A DNA stretch of 63,390 nucleotides, the filler included, from Cercozoa sp. M6MM (taxonomy: Eukaryota; Protista; Endomyxa: Ascetosporea), in NCBI GenBank assembly GCA_040357565.1. It is 8 parts of 8 records of this genome, joined end to end, with 100 filler letters (N's around TTAATTAATTAA, not from the genome) between each part and the next. Parts side by side here need not be neighbours in the genome. Positions count along the whole stretch, not along the records: positions 61,305 to 63,390 come from JBDODJ010001849.1; 7 more parts are not named here. One strand, given 5' to 3'. The notes under the pieces were generated by a model. That model had not been told where the DNA came from and did no database searches. It saw nothing but the letters and a program-made list of their open reading frames with translations. This document shows positions 61,375-63,390 of the stretch, piece after piece (within the stretch, counting starts at the first letter, position 1; every line of letters begins with the position of its first letter). A program made the position numbers and the translations under genes.

Positions 61375-63390
61375 CAGCGTGACCCAGCGATTCACGCCGT
61401 CCTGCGCGAAGCGAATCGTGTCGCCCAACGTGCGGTTCCACACCTACACGACACAAAAAGCTTTTTTCGCTTGAATTTCGAAATTGTCCCTCAAAGCTTT
61501 GCTTCGAAGTGCTTCGAAAGCTTTGCTGCGAAGTGCTTCGAAAGCTTCAGCGCTTTGGAAAGCGCAGAGAGAGTCACCTGGAAGGGCGCGAATTTCGTCG
61601 CCAGCGGCGACAGCAGCACGCGGTGTGAGCCGTGACTCTCCTCCTACTCGATCGCAGATAACGAGTTGAGTTAAAATAGCTTTCAAACAAAAAAGCTTTG
61701 CTTCGAAGCAGCTTTGAAATTGAAAAGCTTTGACTCGAAGCAGCTTTGAAATTGAAAAACTTTGATTCGACAGAGCTTCGATCGGTAGTACCACAACGCG
61801 CAACGAAGCCGCCGTGAAGACCTCGGGTTCTGCGAGAGTGCACGACACACGTGACAGGTGCGAGCAGAGTGAACGGGTCCTCTCTACCCAGACACAGACG
61901 CACGTCCTGCTGACCAACGGCGTCCATCGGCAGAGGAGCCGACCACTCGCCGCATCCGCGCGGACGGAACTGAAAACCAAAAACCACAAAAGATACGGAC
62001 ACAAAGCGAATCGACATGAGTGCGCACCTCAAGCAGCGGCAGCGGGCACGACGTGTCTCCTTTCGGCGACAGTAGGTGCATCGTGCGTTTCTACACACAC
62101 ACACACATCAGCTGCTTCGAGTGAAAGAGCTTTGCTTTAGCTTCGAGTTGAAAGAGCTTTGCTTTGCGTTGAGCTTTGAGTTGAGTTGAGTTGAAAGAGC
62201 TTTTTGAGTTGAGTTGAGTTGAAAGAGCTTTTTGAGTTGAGTTGAGTTGAGTTGAAAGAGCTTTGGTACCTCGTCCGGCAGCAGCTCGAACTCGGCCTCG
62301 CAGCCTGCCGTGCGCACCATGACACTAACGCAAAGCACTGCATCCGAAGCGACACAACACGCTTCGCGTCGAAACAAAGCTTTCACAGCGAAAGCTTTGC
62401 GAAACAAAGCGGAAGCTTGGGAGAGCAGAAGGTACGGAATCTCAAAGCGATTGTGCACAACAAAGCGCGGCGCAACCGTCACGGCCTGGGGTGGGGTGGG
62501 GGGAGTAAAGGGGGGTAAAGGGGGTGGGTGGGGGGTAAAACTACCTTGGTGCGCGAGAAGGCGCCGCCGGCCACAGCCACCGACACACCTACCAGTCAGT
62601 CAGTCCACTCAGTCAGTCCAGTCAGTCCAGTCAGTCCACTCAGTCAGACCACGTGCGCCCCAGTCACACACGTGGTCCGACACACGTGCAGACAGTACCA
62701 AGCTGCATGTGCGTCGCCGAGAAGGCGCGGCGCGACGACTCCGCCTGCCGCTCGCACACGCCCGTCACCTGCGCGCACAGGGGGGGGGGGAAAAGAGGGG
62801 GGTAAAGGGGGAACCTCGCCCGTGACACCGACGGCGCCGACGCAGAAGTGCGAGCTCCAGCGACCGTTCGAGCCCGAGCCGGAGCCACCTGAGCCGGAGC
62901 CACCTGAGCCAGAGCCACCTGAGCCGGAACCTCCCGAGCCCTCGAGCGCCGCCAGCGTCGTCACCACCAGTCGTTGCTTCTTGTGACCGCGACCGTCCGC
63001 GCGGAACGAGAACATCCGCGCGGACCGGAAGCGCCGCCGCGCCGCCGCCTCCTCGTCGTCGCCGTCGTCGTCCGCCTTTTCTTCCGCCGCCTCTTCCTCG
63101 CGCTCTGCCAGCACCTGTGCAGGGGGGTAAAGGGGGGTAACAGGGGGGGGGGGAAGGGGGGAGCGGGGGGGTAAGGGGGGGCAGGGGGTAAAGGGGGGGC
63201 AAAACGCACGCGCCGCCGCATGCCGTCCAGAAAGTCGCTCTGCGCCGCCGCCGCCACGCGTTCCTTGGCGTACGCGTCCGCGAACCTGCGCACGTCCGCG
63301 CGGACACACACACATCCAGGTCACAGCTTCCGCGCGGAGGGCTCCTACCGCAGCGACAGGTCGGTCGCGTCGAACAAAAAGAACTCCGCG
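61375..63390 (-). CDS. VPS13: VPS13-family lipid transfer protein, VAB/SHR-binding repeat region (internal fragment)
   Basis: WSSHFCVGAVGVTGE...QL|..GGAFSRTK|AVTVAPRFVVHN, EWSAPLPMDAVG and APFQ|VWNRTLGDTIRFAQDG follow the VAB repeat pattern. Confidence 0.8.
62110..62263. repeat. Intronic minisatellite (GAGTTGAGTTGAAAGAGCTTTTT)n
   Basis: Visible tandem copies. Confidence 0.85.

Noticed and set aside
1-63390. Alternative genetic code, non-canonical introns, tRNA/rRNA genes or autonomous transposons
   Set aside because: TAA, TAG and TGA all end conserved genes, and the introns I resolved are GT-AG. I recognised no cloverleaf, rRNA, transposase or reverse-transcriptase motifs by eye.

Overview
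This is not a prokaryotic window. It is eight unrelated contigs of an intron-rich, gene-dense microbial eukaryote (standard code, GT-AG introns, mostly about 50-100 nt). They are joined by seven artificial 100-bp N44-TTAATTAATTAA-N44 spacers. Most listed ORFs are exon fragments or off-frame noise, so I rebuilt gene models by hand-splicing. Recognisable genes: XAP5/FAM50, a BRO1-domain protein, FIP1 (3' part), tyrosine aminotransferase, FAM161-like, DUF3605/GIG1-like, an RCC1-repeat protein, a two-ZZ-finger protein, axonemal dynein heavy chain DNAH10 (I1/f-alpha), TAF1, eIF2B-delta, two GABA-B-like class C GPCRs and VPS13, plus several orphans. The most notable observations are: (1) a Whirly-fold, mitochondrial-presequence-like protein outside plants, clustered with a membrane-anchored protein and a coiled-coil SAP protein that also have presequence-like N-termini, a candidate organellar nucleoid module; (2) a class C GPCR with at least two tandem Venus-flytrap modules; (3) a divergent DNAH10 with an intron-less -1 frameshift next to a degenerate AAA4 P-loop; (4) introns that each carry a private minisatellite, plus a shared GGGGTAAA/TTTACCCC G-tract motif. 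Family assignments rest on motifs recalled from memory, not database searches. Exon coordinates are hand-derived and approximate.
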